64,000 bases of DNA, from positions 2,728,001-2,792,000 of the forward strand of contig MU053304.1 of the NCBI GenBank assembly GCA_013239625.1, written 5' to 3'. Shown here piece after piece: positions 1 through 13,429 of the stretch. Numbering within the stretch: position 1 is the stretch's first letter; every line of letters begins with the position of its first letter. Position numbers and translations under genes: made by a program. This DNA is from Lama guanicoe (Eukaryota). The notes beneath the pieces were generated by a model. That model ran no database searches. It saw only the letters and a program-made list of their open reading frames with translations, and had not been told where the DNA came from.

Positions 1-344
1 GTAATTACAAGGGTCCTTAAAAGTGAAAAATGGAGGCAGAAGAGAGAGAATTAGAGAAACAAATGGCAGTATTAAAAAGACTTGGATTGATGTTGCTGGC
101 TTTGAAGACTGGGGAAGGGGTCTGGAGCCAAGAAATGCAGCCAATCTCTAGAAGTTGGTAAAGGCAAGAGAAGAGACCCTAGCTAGAGCCTCCAGAAAGG
201 AATGAAACCCTACTGATGCCTTGATTGTAACACAGTGAAATCTGTGCCAGATTTAGTGACAGAACTGTAAGACAATACATTTGTGTTCTTTTAAAACACC
301 TGGCTTATGGGAATTTGTTACAGCAGCAGGAGGAAACTAATACA
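1..344 (+). mobile_element. MaLR LTR (MLT1D-like), cut by window start
   Basis: MLT1 motifs 'ttgctggctttgaaga', 'agagcctccagaaaggaa', 'ttgttacagcagca...ggaaactaataca' terminus. Confidence 0.9.
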
Positions 345-349
345 AGTTC

Positions 350-880
350 CTTGATCTGACTCTCCCCTGGTTTCCCTCCCACCTCTCAGGCTGTCCCAGA
401 TTTGCATGCTCATCCTCTTCTCCTGAGCCTTTAAATCCTCATGCCCATCCTAGATGCCCTTTCTACTTACTCTGTATTATCCCCATCCAGGGTTCTAATC
501 ACCACCTCTACACAGATAACTCATTTATATTCCAACCTCATATTTCATATTGAGTTGCAGGTCTATAAATACAACTGCCTGTCTGATAGCTCTTCTTAGA
601 TGAATTATAGTCACTTCAGAATAAATGTGACCGAAACCATGACCTTTCCCCCCAAACTAGATCCTCTCCCAGCATGTTTTATCACAGTAATGAAACCATT
701 ATCCCCCCACAAGCCATCCTAGGTGCATGCAAGCCTTATAGTTAGGGGTCATCTTTGACACCTCTCCCTCTCTGTCATCTCCTATATGAAACCCACCACT
801 GTCTCTTACCCATTTTACTTACTGAACATTACTGAAATCCATCCTTCCCACTTCTTTACATGTTTCCTGCCATCATTCTG
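350..880 (+). mobile_element. L2 LINE fragment
   Basis: Pyrimidine-rich L2-like text, e.g. 'accacctctacacagataactc', 'ggggtcatctttgacacctctccctc'. Confidence 0.75.
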
Positions 881-882
881 GC

Positions 883-1160
883 TGTATTAGTTTTCTATTG
901 CTGTGTAATAAGCCAGCACAAATTTAGCACCTTAAAACAACACCGATTTATTAGGTCACACTGCAGGTCAGAAGCCTACAGAGTGTGGCTAGGTTCTCCG
1001 CTCAGGAGGAAATCAAGACATCAGCTGGCTCCATTGTCGTCTAGGGCTCAGGGTCCCCTGACAGAATCATTCATTTTATTGGTAGAATTTATCTCCCTGC
1101 AGTTACAGCACCACAGTCCCAATTCCTTGCTGGCTATCATCTGGGGAATGCTCTCAGGGG
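883..1160 (-). mobile_element. MLT1 LTR fragment inserted in L2
   Basis: Starts 'tgtattagttttctattgctgtgtaa...aaatttagcaccttaaaacaacac', the reverse complement of an MLT1 3' end. Confidence 0.8.
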
Positions 1161-1329
1161 CTTGTATTTTAATGAATTTTTTATTTTTAAATTTAACATT
1201 TTTGGTAATTTATTTTATTTTTTTAATCAAACTACTAGACCTTGAACAATTGAAAAGCAAAGAACAAACAAAAAAACAAAAAAACAAAAAAAAAACCCAA
1301 ACTGGTTTTTTACCACTGAAAAGTGAGAT

Positions 1330-1740
1330 GCTGGACCAGTGGGCCCTGCACACCCTGGCCACTACTCCTCCAGCTTCATTTCATTATCATATAGCTGCTC
1401 ACTTGCTAAGTGCTCATTTCAGTGGACTTCTCGTAGTTCCCTCTGTGTTCCATATTTCTTGTGTCATATTTACTGCCCTCACTAGTTTGCAATCTCCCCT
1501 TTATATTCTCTCATTACAGCAGGGACTTTCAATATGTACCTACCACAATCTCAATAGTAATAAATATGTAAATATTAATTTTGGTAGATGTCTGCTTCTC
1601 TCCTAAATTGTAAGCTCTGTGATATCAGAGGGCATATCTTCCAGCTAACGGGCATTATTTGCAGCTCTCTGCATAGTGTCTGATACATAATAGGTGCTCA
1701 AGAAATGCGTATGGAATGAGGGAACAAATCAATCAATGAA
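1330..1740 (+). mobile_element. L2 3' end
   Basis: 'tgtaagctctgtga...catagtgtctgatacataataggtgctcaagaaat...gaatga' canonical L2 tail. Confidence 0.8.
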
Positions 1741-1929
1741 TATGAGCCATACCATGCAAATCAAATAACACCTCAACCAATTATTATGTTTCATCTTATT
1801 CACCATAGTTAAGTCTACTAAGCTTCATTTTTATTATTAACAAAATTAGAATACTCTTTCTAGTCTCACAAGATTGAAAGGGAATTAAAGCATGTACAAA
1901 TGTTTTGTTTCAAAGTGTAAGATGCTTCT

Positions 1930-2210
1930 AAAATGCAGCTGATGAGTTGGTAGGAATTATTTCTCATGTAACACTGGTAGAAGGATGAAATGTATAATGT
2001 CTCTAAAAGCCCTTTGGAAAAATATACTAAAGTCTTTAAAGATATTCAATTTTTGATTGAATAATTTGATTGAATAACAAAATATTCAATAATAGAGGTT
2101 CTAAAATTTCATTCTAAAATATAACTGGACAAATACACAAATATGTAAGAAGAAGGCTGTTCATTCCATGGTTGTTTCTAATAAAAAGATAGGAAATGTG
2201 TCCTAAGTAT
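1930..2210 (+). mobile_element. Old L1 (L1ME-like) 3' fragment
   Basis: Degenerate ORF2-end/3'UTR pattern ('cactggtagaaggatgaaatg', 'tgttcattccatggttgtttctaata'). Confidence 0.5.
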
Positions 2211-2219
2211 GTTCTGATA

Positions 2220-3534
2220 TATGAAAGGGTTGATGGGAGACACAACCTGATTGGCATAATTTAAGAAACAACCTAGATATTGCCTTACCATGTGGAAGTA
2301 TTTTCCCAGTGCTGGCTAAGGGCTGGTCCTAGTACAGTGTGGCTGATTTACACCCAGATACATGACGCTGAGAATAAGCTTTGGCTACAGTGTCAAGAGC
2401 ATATGAGTGTAAACTAAAGTGGAAGACTTACGATAACCTTGATTGAACATGAATTGAGGGAGTAGGTTGAGATCTACACTAACTCTAGTGATAGTAGATC
2501 AGGACACTAAGTTTCAGGCACACAAGTTGTGTGGCTACTTCCATCAGAGAGAGCGTTTCTGAAACAGCCTTTAACAATGAGAGGAGAGTCCCTGAGGTCT
2601 CTCATCCCAGGAGCTGTAACACTCTCAGCTGCTTCTAAAGTAGATGTTTCAGAGGCAGTTGTAGGTCCACAATCTCAGTAAAAGAGTACTTTTAAGCCCT
2701 GAAGTATCCATACCAATGCAAGAACAGCAGAGGCCTCTAAGGATTTAGGAAACGTCTAGAATTGATTGATTCTTGGAGACCCCAAGTAGAAGTATTGGAT
2801 TGCCTGTTCTACCTGGAAAGATGGTAGCTTTAGATACTAATCTGAATTTTAAAAAAGATGTGTAGTATCTTCCCCAAGTTGGTAAATCAGGTCATTCAAG
2901 CCACAGATCCATCTACCAATATGACTACTTATTATACATAACAGAATGTCTACATTATTTTTTTAAGGAAGAAAGTAACATATGCTGTTTTGTAACTTCT
3001 TTCTCATATCCTTGTGCTGAATTAGGAAAGGATGGACTGAAAAAAATTTACTATTGATGGAGACCCATATGTCTGATTCCTGAAGATCCACGTGGGGAAC
3101 AGCCCAAAGGAGAAAGTGTATTTTAGGGAATGCTGACTATAACTTTCTGGAAACCACTCGAGACTGTCACCTGGGAGACCTGACTGGTGGTGGGGAAATG
3201 AGTGTCACATAAATGTCCCTCTACACAGAACTCTGTAGTCCTCAGTTAACATAGGGATCTGACCTAAAAGTCTAGATAATGGCTCACTGGATAGTCCACA
3301 CTCAGCTTTAAGACAGTCATGTTCAAATTTTTGTAACAGTGTGGTAGGTCCTGGACTTCTCTAATGTAGATTAATTTCACTTAACATATACAGGACATGG
3401 GTTGGAAGTTGTGTTAGCTGGGAAAAGATAGGCTTCAGTTGCAGCAAAGCACAAAATGTTTTTGGAAGACAGAAGAAATAGAGGATTTTTTTTTTTTTAC
3501 AATGAATACTGTAGAGAGGTAATAAAAAAGGGGG
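2220..3534 (+). mobile_element. Probable ancient Gypsy-type internal sequence (MamGyp-like), integrase C-terminal remnant to polypurine tract
   Basis: Frameshifted W-E-T-Q-P...K-Q-P-D-I-P-Y-H-V at ~2234-2297, resembling the Gypsy GPY/F region RWE..PY.V..QP.DIPVY.V. Degenerate RRSQR.TRG..P.RL-like stretch at ~3231-3277. Purine tract at 3524-3534 directly before TG. Confidence 0.5.
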
Positions 3535-4206
3535 TGTGAAATATGGACATGTCATTTATAAGATTAAGTGTATTTAATAAAAACAAATGCTTCTGTAATG
3601 CTTGTGATGTGCTAGGCACTCCTCCAAGAACTTCACATGCATTAACACATTTAATAACCCCTACCTGCTTTAGGAGGACAGTGCTGTTATTAAGAGGAAT
3701 GAAGGAACTGAACACTAGGTTGACAACCTGTCCAAGCAAGTGGCTGGACCAAGCATCCTGGTCTTGACCTGTCCTTTGATCAATGCAACTTGTGAGGAGC
3801 AAAAGGAACATTTCTGTATTAAGAATTTAATGGTAAGCAAGAATTTGGGAATTCGGCAGGATGAAACATTTAAAGATCTAGGGAGAAGTTAAGCGTGTAG
3901 AAAAAATTTGGAAATTTGGCTAATAGCAACACCTAGTCTGGGAGTTCATAAGGCAGAAATGCCTTGTTCAGAGCAACAGCAGCCTCTTGAAATTTGATCT
4001 TCCTGCCCTATTGCCCAGGGTTTTTATTAGCTGAAAAGAATACATTTGTTATTTCTAGTGAAGGAAATTTCCAGTGGCTATGGGAAATAAAGCTGTAGTT
4101 AATATTTGAGCAATCTGTTAGAAATGGCAGTGACTGGTCTTAACCTTGAAAAACTCTCTCAAATTAACTCTGCTTGTAGTTGATTTCAAAGGTAAAAAGG
4201 ACTACA
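3535..4206 (+). mobile_element. Probable 3' LTR of the Gypsy-like element, interrupted by a MIR
   Basis: Begins TGTGAA right after the purine tract; AATAAA near 4086; ends ...GGACTACA at 4206. Confidence 0.45.
3590..3785 (-). mobile_element. MIR SINE
   Basis: 'tgtgctaggcact...aacttcacatgcattaacacatttaat...ggaactga...ggttgacaacctgtccaag' reverse MIR core. Confidence 0.75.
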
Positions 4207-6334
4207 GTTTTAATAATATTTGTGCGTTAAGCCCTTGACATACTATTCTTTGTTGTTCTTCAATTGGCTATAATTTTTCCTACACTTATTTTATTTTTGG
4301 CCTTTTTTTGGAGGGAAGAGAGCACAATCAATAACTCCTAAAATGTCAGGAATTTAAGGTATTCTTAAATTTTACTTTTTCCCTGTTCAGTGGTTTCATG
4401 TGTTTCAGGATTAAAAATACCAGTGACCAAATACTGTTTTAGGCAAAGAAAGGAAATGAACAAATGTTCACTATTTTAAGATGACAGCATATTATAAAAG
4501 AAATAATAGTCATGAAATTTAACCAGATTGTGATTTAGTTACACTATTTTCCATCAGATTGAACTGTGTTGACACAGGAAGCACTGGAGAGAAGAAGGCA
4601 TCTGTATTGCGTTACTGTCCTCTGCTTCAAGTAATAATAATTATCATTTTGCAATACAAAGGAATTTGTGAGGGTATTTTGTTACACTTACCACCGTGTT
4701 ATAAAAAAATAAACTTCAAGCAACAGAACTGTTTATATAAAATTATATAATAATCATGTTTAATCTGAATACAAATAATCCCCACTGAATAACAAAAGAG
4801 TTAACAGTTCAGCATCAAGGAACGGGCTAGACAATTCTAGGGAAATAATTTTTATAAAGTATTTAATAATTCAAATGTAGATAAGATACATTGCTATGCA
4901 ACATTCTAAAATGTAGAACTTTGAGCAAAGAAAGTGAAATGTAAATAGAAAATTCATTCAATTATAGAAAAAAATACCGTAAGAGCCATAATCTGTAATC
5001 ACACAATCAAAGTACATAGGAGAGCGTACCCAAGATCATATTTCACCTGTACTTCATACAGGTTTCTGCCCTATTTACAGCTTGTTGATTTAGTGGGTTA
5101 AAAGCCAAAGCTCTAAGAGGGAAAGACAAGCCTTCCTCCTGGGGTGCTTTGCAGTTTTCCCTCATAGGGCAGATTGTGATTACAGGTATTGCTTTTTAAA
5201 AGGTTAAACTTTTGCTCATTTTTATTTTTAGGGGAAAAATAAGACATGTTTATTTTAAGAACAAGTGAAATAATGTTTTAGATTTATGCAATTTTTTAAC
5301 AAGGACAAAAGTCTTAAGAAAATTTTAATCTGAAATGGCTTTTATTTAAAGTCATATGTCATATCTAGTATGTTTAAACACATGATTTTGAATCAGGATG
5401 TTCCAAACTACTATTTAACAATAAAAACTCTTCGGCTTTAACTTTAAAAAATGCAAAGTTATCATAAATTTCTGTGTACTAGGTAGCTATTTCTAAAAAC
5501 GTAAAAATATACAATATTAAAATGAAGAAAAATAAAATTTTCCATTTTTAAGAAACACTTGTAATCAATATTTTAATATGCCTTTCTCCTTAATTTTTAT
5601 AAGCTATTAATATTCATATTTTACTTTCCAGTATTTTAGATAAACTGAAGTAGAAAATTGAAACTATAATTTAGTTAATATAATCTCCATAGATGAAAAA
5701 TTTTACTACAATGTCTGGACTACCTAAATTATTAGTTGGGTGTTATATAGACATTCTTAATGAAAAGAAAATTATATGGTCACACACAAAAACTCAGCTG
5801 GTTGCAAAACACAAAATAACTTGTCTGACCATGTCTTCAATCATGTAAATTATCATAATCATGGAAAATTTTATTCTTGGAAATTCATTCACATTACTAT
5901 TATTTTCTCAATGAACTAAACTTTCTCTGCATATATCATTAATTGGTTAACAATTATGTACCCAGATCCATCATTTCCTCTTAATCATACACTTGAAATT
6001 CAGGTGAATCACCAGTTATTTTTTTCCAAGAACGGAAACAATGTAAAATCCAGTCCCTAAGAGTCAAGAATTTTGTTTCTCCCAACCATGACTCTACATT
6101 TATTTTTGTGGTTTTAATTTTTTTATCTTAATAGTTTCATAAAACAAGGAAATGAAATATCAGAATGTGAAATTCTGGAAAAGATTATTTAGATTGAGTT
6201 TCACACTGTTGGAAAACAATACCCTAAACCTCCAAGTAATACACTTGTAAATACTTGAATAACGGCAGTAATAACAAGGGATATTTTGAAAAAAGTACAG
6301 GCTCCAGACACACACGTACAATCAAGCACATGTG

Positions 6335-6715
6335 TAATTGGAATGCTTTATTTTTAAGACCAGGAAAGAGGTGAAAATGTCTCCTCTCACCATTCATTTT
6401 CAATATCACACTGGAAGCCCTAGTCAATATAATAAGATAAGAAAAACAACTCGATAAACAAAAAACAGACAATCCAATCAAAAAATGGGCAGAAAACCTA
6501 AACAGACATTTCTCCAAAGAAGACACATGAAAAACAATGTTCAACATTGCTAATTATTAGAGAAATGCAAATCAAAACTACAGTGAGGTATCACCTAAAC
6601 TGATCAGAATGGCCACCATTAAAACATCTACATATAACAAATAACAAATGCTAGAGAGGGTGTGGAGAAAAGCGAACTCTCCAATACTTGTTGGTGGGAA
6701 TGTAAATTGGTGCAA
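6335..6715 (+). mobile_element. L1 ORF2 fragments (old piece followed by a younger cetartiodactyl-type piece)
   Basis: 'aatgggcagaaaacctaaacagacatttctccaaagaagaca', 'gaaatgcaaatcaaaactaca', 'tgttggtgggaatgtaaattggtgca'. Confidence 0.9.
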
Positions 6716-8605
6716 AGAAGTTAAAAAAGTACCTAGGATATTCAGCTTAAACCTTTCCTGACTTCGCCTTTTACATAAATTCAAATTATTGCTACAACCT
6801 TTCCATACTCCAAAATGATGTTAAATGCATTATTTCCCACAGGAAGTTGACACCCTCACATTAAATTACACAGGAAGAAAAGCTGGCAGAATGTATGTAG
6901 TAATTTTCCATTAAATTCCAGCATTTGAAAAATTGCCAAAGAAATGCAACACTGCTCTTGCATTATGTGCCAGAGTTAAGAAAAAATTTTCTTATGCATG
7001 AGTTGACATGACAATATTCACCATATGCTTCTAGGAGTTTCCAGGTTTAAAATGTCAAATGCCTTTAAATATACCAAATTATGGCCTAGAAATATTATAA
7101 TAATGATAAATTCGAATTATGCACTTTCTATTCAAGTAATAATATGGAACAGGAATAGAGTATAAAAGTCATTACTATTAAACACTGTGATATTAACTTA
7201 GCTGTGGAATATACTTTTGATTAAACACATCAAACTTACATATTATTTTTACATGTAGTTAAATCCAAAACTATTATCTAGAGTTTTATGCAATCAATTC
7301 ATATCCATTTTTATCAGTTTAATGAAAGAAAAATGGGTAACATAAAGTTAAGTTAAATGGAACCTGTTTTGCCCTGTGGTTTTAGTCTGCTTTCTCAACT
7401 CACATCTGCATATAGGATTTGAGTTTCAGTGTGCTTTTTAGCAATAATAAATTAATGCCATTAATATTAAATTAATAACAAATTGTTATCTTCATATATA
7501 CATTCTTGTAATATGCATATGTATGTACATGCATGTACACATGTAAACATAGTATTTATACACACAGATGTATGTTGTGTGAAGACTGACACCATGAAGT
7601 AGCAAAAATTAACACTGATTTTTCTCAGTCACCATTTCTATGGAAACATGACAGTGAAGAGAAATATGTAACGTCTGAACTTTTTCACGATAACACTGGT
7701 ATCATTTCCCCACTCTTTTCTTAACCAAAGCCATAGTACTGCTCAGGCTTAGGCTTTCAAAATTATGGCTTCATGACCCAAGCTAATGACTAATTTAGAA
7801 ACCACCTCTTTCCTATTTGAAAACAAATTCAATTTTTTATTATAATGTGTTCATTTTTAAGTTTCTCTTTGAAAAACATACTCAGCGTTCACAATAAAAT
7901 GCACATGATTACAGTCTAGGAATAAATACCACGCCTGCAATTGCCTGATACAATGTTCTACTGAGTGTGTTCAGAATTAAATTTCATATTCAAAGTTTTA
8001 AACGGTGAACATTTAATATATTTCTCGATGGTAATATAAAATTACTTACTGATTTTGAAAAGAAAATTGAAAATACTTTGAAAGAAAAGCTGCAAATAAA
8101 TATAAGGCATTACTTTAAGCACATAGTTATCTAGAATGTTCAAGAATTGAGTGTATTAAAAGTTTTATTTACCAGCTACCATAAATGTCATACTTAAAAA
8201 AACTTTTAAAAGAACTGAATACAATTAGGAAATCTGTCATTAAAATTTGAGTGTATCTATTTTCATCTTGATTCAGAAAGCATTTGAAATCTTGCTTGAT
8301 ACCTGACATTTCTATGAACTTTCTCATTTTCCCCAAATATTCTTAGACAATTCAGCTGATTAATCAAAAAATAGTAAACATCGCACAATTATTGGTTATT
8401 AACTATATATCAGCTATTACTGAATTAACACATATTCCATTTAGTCATCAATTCAACTTTTTGAGATCCAAAGTATTTTTATTCCAATACGATCAGCATT
8501 CTGAGCAGTTAATAATAAGTCCAGATAATAAGTTACAGATTATGTTATCATGAATGTACTGTTGAAAACATGTATACCTTACTTTAATTTCCTAGGCTTT
8601 GCAAT

Positions 8606-8947
8606 TGCTTTGGACTACATTTGTGTCCCACCCCCAACCAAATCCATATTAAGAGGTAAGACTTTGGGGAGGTAATTAGGTTTAAATGAGGTCATGAGGG
8701 TACTGCTCCCACAATGAGGTTAGTGTCCTTATGAGAGAAAAAGACCAGAACATGTCCCCTTGGCCATGTGAGGAACAGTGAGAAGGCGCTAGCCACAAGC
8801 CAGGAAGCAGGCACTTATCAGAACTGGACCATGCTGGCATCATAATCTGGGACTTCCAGCCTCTAGAACTGTAAGAAATAAGTTTGTGTTGTTTAAGCCA
8901 ACCAATCTATGGTATTTTGTTACAGGATCCCAGAGCCAGCTAAGACA
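8606..8947 (+). mobile_element. MaLR LTR (MLT1A-like)
   Basis: TG start; 'gacttccagcctctagaactgtaagaaataagtttgtgttgtttaagcca'; ends 'ctaagaca'. Confidence 0.9.
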
Positions 8948-9859
8948 GGGACCAACAGTAAATGATTAGGAAATTCACTTTTTTTGCAAACAAGAAAATA
9001 AGCATATCATAAAACACAGCTAAAGAAAACTCAGTTTGGTGCTCTGGCAGACTCCCAAATAACTGTTCTATTTTAAGCAACAACTCAGTGAACCATTTAA
9101 CCTACAAAAAGGAAAAGAGGCTCAAGTAGATTTTTATAATAAACATAGTATCCTGTTGTTACAACTCAAAAAAAAAGTGACAAATTAACTACAAAATGCT
9201 ACTCATTACTGTATTCAGTCTGATAATTTCAGCTCTAAATTCAAGAACTGTAATAGCATAACAACTGATGAATAAAAGTAAACAGACTTCTTATTCTTCT
9301 AAGAATAAGAGAATTCTCAAACTGAAATATTGTTTTTTCTCCAGGTGCATAAACATTGCTTTGTTTGAGTAACCACATAATGTGTACAATAAACTTTCTT
9401 CCTAGGGGTCAAGGGTAAAATGAGACAGAAATGAGATGAAGCTTAGGAAGAACTGAGACTCAAAAATGAGGCGATTTCGGTAAAGGGGTGAGAATCATAA
9501 ACAGAGTTACTTCCTAAGTTAGGATGGGAGTAGGACTTATGGGCAGCATGAAACTCGTGAAGATGAGGTTCGAATATGGTATGAAATTAGCAACTTAGGG
9601 AAAACACAGGGAAACAACAGGTCCAACTGAGAGGCAGGAGCAGAGTCAGAAACAGGTTAAACACTAATTATTAGTAAGGACAGATGTGGTGAACATTCCT
9701 TTAAAATAAAACACAGTCTGTTTTGGGCTGCACTCACATATCCCTCATGCCAAAAAGCCATGGCAAGCTGCTATGTCATGCAACCTGTTCCTTGATTTTT
9801 GTATCCACAATTGGAGGAAGATCCTACAAATTAATCTGACAAAGTCAGAATAAAATAAC

Positions 9860-11910
9860 TGACTTCTGGATTTGATAAAATGGAATAAGCACAATCAATC
9901 CCATCGCTTCCACTGATTACAGCTGAAAATTCTGGAACAACTGCATGAGGCAGAATCTGAGAACTCTGAAAAGTGAATTCAAGCATGCAGATTGGGGGAA
10001 GAGATTCAAAAATTGAAGTATGACTCATATGATGATGAGTTTCCTGTTTGTTTGTTTGTTTCTTTGTTTTTCTTCTAATTATCTGCTGGCCAAGACTCTA
10101 GAAAGACCCAAATTCCAGAATTGCGTACCTGGAAGAGACAGAAGTTCTCCAAGAAATAACCCTTTTTCTGGTCAGAGAATGAGGAGTGGGTCCCCCGTGG
10201 GAAGGCAAGTGCGGGAAGAAGCCCTCATTCGCTATCTTTCTCTTCTTACTCTGCTGGATTTACCCCAAGGCAAGCCTCCGGCATGAAGCTGCCTTTGTTT
10301 CGTGGGCATAGAGGCTGTTCCTAAGTCTGGTAGTGAGTTCCAGGCCGAGTTCAAAGGCTTGACAATCAGGAGAGCCAACGCTGTAGGTCTAGCCTAAAGG
10401 TTGACAGCTCAAGACACAGGATTAGCTTATGTTTCAGTTCAAGTCCACAGGCAGAAAAAGCTGATGTCTCAGTCTGAAAGCCTTTAGATGGGAAAGATTG
10501 CCTTCCTTGGGAAGGTCAGCTTTTCATCCTAGTCAGGCCTTCTACTGGTAGGGTGAGGCCCACTCGCATTATAAAAGGCGATATGCTCTGCTCAGTCTGC
10601 CAATGTAAATGTTAATCTCATCCAAAACACCCTCACAGAAATACCAAGAATGTCTGACCAAGTGCCCAGGCACCTGTGGTCCAGTCAAGTTGACACATAA
10701 AACTAAACATTACAGGCATAGAGCACTGTCCAGGTCCCAGGGAAGCCCTGAAGGTATATACATGAAGCAGGTGGGACAGCACTGCGAAGGGCTTGTAAAC
10801 TAAAATGACACAGATGTGCCTTGGAACCAGTAGTCTGAACCTAGGCAGATTAATTGCATGCCAGAGGAGGAAACAACATCGCCCAGAGGATTGCACAGGT
10901 ATCAGGGTTTCATCACATAATGTTAAAAATGTCCAGGATATAATAAAACATGACTTGACATATAAGGGACCAAGAAAATATTTCAGGTGAATAACTCTCA
11001 AGGGAAAGGATAATGAATAGACAGACATCAAACCCAAAATGGCCCAGATGTTGGAAATATCCAACAGAGACTATAAACCAGCTGTTATTCTCAGGGGCTA
11101 GGAAGTGAGGATAAGCACTCTCGATACAAATGCAAAAACAGTAGCTCTCAGGAAAGAAACAGACACTATAGAAAATAACAAAATGAAATTTTATAACTGA
11201 AAAACATACAATGCTGAAAATTTTAAAATTCACTGAAGAATAGAGATGTCAGAGGAAGAAGGTCAGGGGACTTAAAGATAGAGATCAGTAAAAATCATCT
11301 AGTCTCAAAGAAAAAAACATTTGGAAGATAATGGAAAGAGACTCAGAGACACGGGGGACAAAATTATAACATGCCTGTGGTCATTAGAATCCCAGAAGGA
11401 GAAGAAAAAGAGATTGGCATGGAAAAAGTATTTGATGAAATAATTTCTGAAAACTTGCAAATTTGCTAGAGATCACAATTCTACAGATACAAGAAACTCA
11501 AGAAACTTTAAATAGATTAGAGTCAAAGAAATCACACTCAAGTGCATTATAACTGAACTACTGAAAATCAAACATAAAGAAAAATCTTAAAAGCAGACCA
11601 AAAAATGACACATTGCATAGAGAGGAATGATGGTTCAAAGACTACAAAAGTTACATACTGTATGATTTCATTTTTATGACATTCTGGAAGAGTAAAATCT
11701 CTAAGGATGAAGAATAGATCAGTGGTTTCCAGAGGTAAGAGCTGATGACAAAGGAACAGCACGAGATAATTCTTTAATTTGAAAGCACTGTTTTATATCT
11801 TGATTGTGTTAATGTCTATTTGACTATTTTTTGTTAAAATTCATAAAAGTCTGCATCAAAAATGTGAATTTTACAATATGTAAATTTAAAATATATATAA
11901 AAATAAAAAA
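9860..11910 (+). mobile_element. Old L1 (L1MC/MD-like): 5' region, ORF1 remnant and 3' end, internally deleted
   Basis: ORF1-like 'cccagaaggagaagaaaaagagattggcatggaaaaagtatttgatgaaataat' joined at ~11650 to a 3'UTR 'tactgtatgatttcatttttatgacattctggaa'. Confidence 0.8.
10325..10714 (-). mobile_element. MLT2 (ERVL) LTR within the L1
   Basis: 'aaatgttaatctcatccaaaacaccctcacaga...ccagtcaagttgacacataaaactaaacattaca'. Confidence 0.9.
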
Positions 11911-13225
11911 CACTAGCCCTTATTAATAGCCAACAGCTTTTACCCACTAATCTTATACTAATGTCATATATTTTCTTACACATGATTATATGCCTCTGTG
12001 GCTCTAACCCCTTTTGGTGGAAAATGAGTGAAAGAGTTCAATGTACACAAGCATTTCTCTCTACATATCAGAGAGTGGAGCCATTAAAAGCAAAGCTTAT
12101 AAGACTCTCCTGTGAGGCTCACCTGCCCAATGTCAGAGGAAGAAAAAAACCGAAGACTCTTAAGCACAATAGCATGGTTATTTCTAAGGTAAGGGCATAC
12201 CTTTGCTAATTAATATGAGAAATATTACTTCCTAAACAGAAATTTACGTGATTTTTCCTTCCTGCAATGCAATGGTACTTCACTGAAGAATGTGGTAGAT
12301 AGTCAGTACTCCAAGGCAATGACCTAGAGCTGCTTTTCAGTCAGAATGCAGCTGTATCAACCTGCTTGTTAAAATACTGTAAAACTTTGGTAACAGTTGG
12401 CAAATAGCACCTACTCCTAACTCTGCAAGTGCTCCATTATCACCCTACTCACCCTTCCACTTCTCCAGAACTCTGCACAATCCAGTAACTAATGAGTTAA
12501 TGTTTGACAAGATAAGGAACCTCTAAGGACTGCTTGAGCATCAAGGTTGGGTCTGCTGTGATTGGTCAGAGCCTAAACCAAGCCAGTTGTTAATTATTTT
12601 GATAATGATCCCTCTCCTAGATGCGTCTTAAACTTCCTAAATCATGATAGGTCCTTTTTTCCCTACTAGACTAGACATGATGCAGAGTAATGTTAACAGA
12701 TGAAGCAGGTTGAAGTGGTTATCTGATGTAACCTTTAAAGAAACACCAACCCTTCCTTATCAGCTGGGTTATGATGGTGTCTGTCCTGAAAGGAGAGGAA
12801 GGTGCCCAGCAAATTCTCCAGTTACCCTTCTGCCAAACTCAGTATCTGTTGAGAATGACTGCCTTACTTTTTGTCTTCAACCCACACACCCATCACATAC
12901 TTGAGAAATGCTTATTGAGTGAATTAATTGAAAAACATTGAACAGAAATATTTCTACTTCCAAAAATAGAAAAACAGTGAAATAGAAACATTTAAAAATA
13001 ACAAGAACACATTGATCATTAAAAATATACAATATAAAATACTGAAAAATAAGTATCTTGTCATGCTAATAATAAAAGTTATAGAATATATTATTTTCTG
13101 TCTCTATCCTCAATCTGCTTTAAGTGGTGATAAAAGCTGTTATATAGGAGACTTTTATAATTATATTTTATGGTCACATGTGATTTTTATATACAGAGAA
13201 ATATATTTGATTATTACTTACAGTG

Positions 13226-13385
13226 TTTTTTAACAGCTCTATTGAGGTATAACTTATACACAAAAACTGCACATATTTAATGTGCACAATTTAATGAGTC
13301 TGGACATAGGCAAACACTTATAATACTACCACCACAATCAAGTTAATAGACATATCCAACCCTTCCCAGAGTTTCCTTAAGGTGT
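13226..13385 (-). mobile_element. L1 3' tail (L1MC-like)
   Basis: 'aacagctctattgaggtataacttatacac...aactgcacatatttaatgtgcacaattt'. Confidence 0.75.
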
Positions 13386-13429
13386 TTTTATACCTTAAGG
13401 TGGTTTTTTTTTTTGGTTTTATTTTTGCA

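Noticed and set aside
860..1606. Longest ORF (248 aa)
   Set aside because: Runs through L2, an antisense MLT1 and T-/A-rich low-complexity tracts; no recognisable domain; chance open frame.
4560..4630. Possible exon (ttttccatcag acceptor ... gtaata donor)
   Set aside because: Weak donor, no recognisable peptide and no partner exons found.
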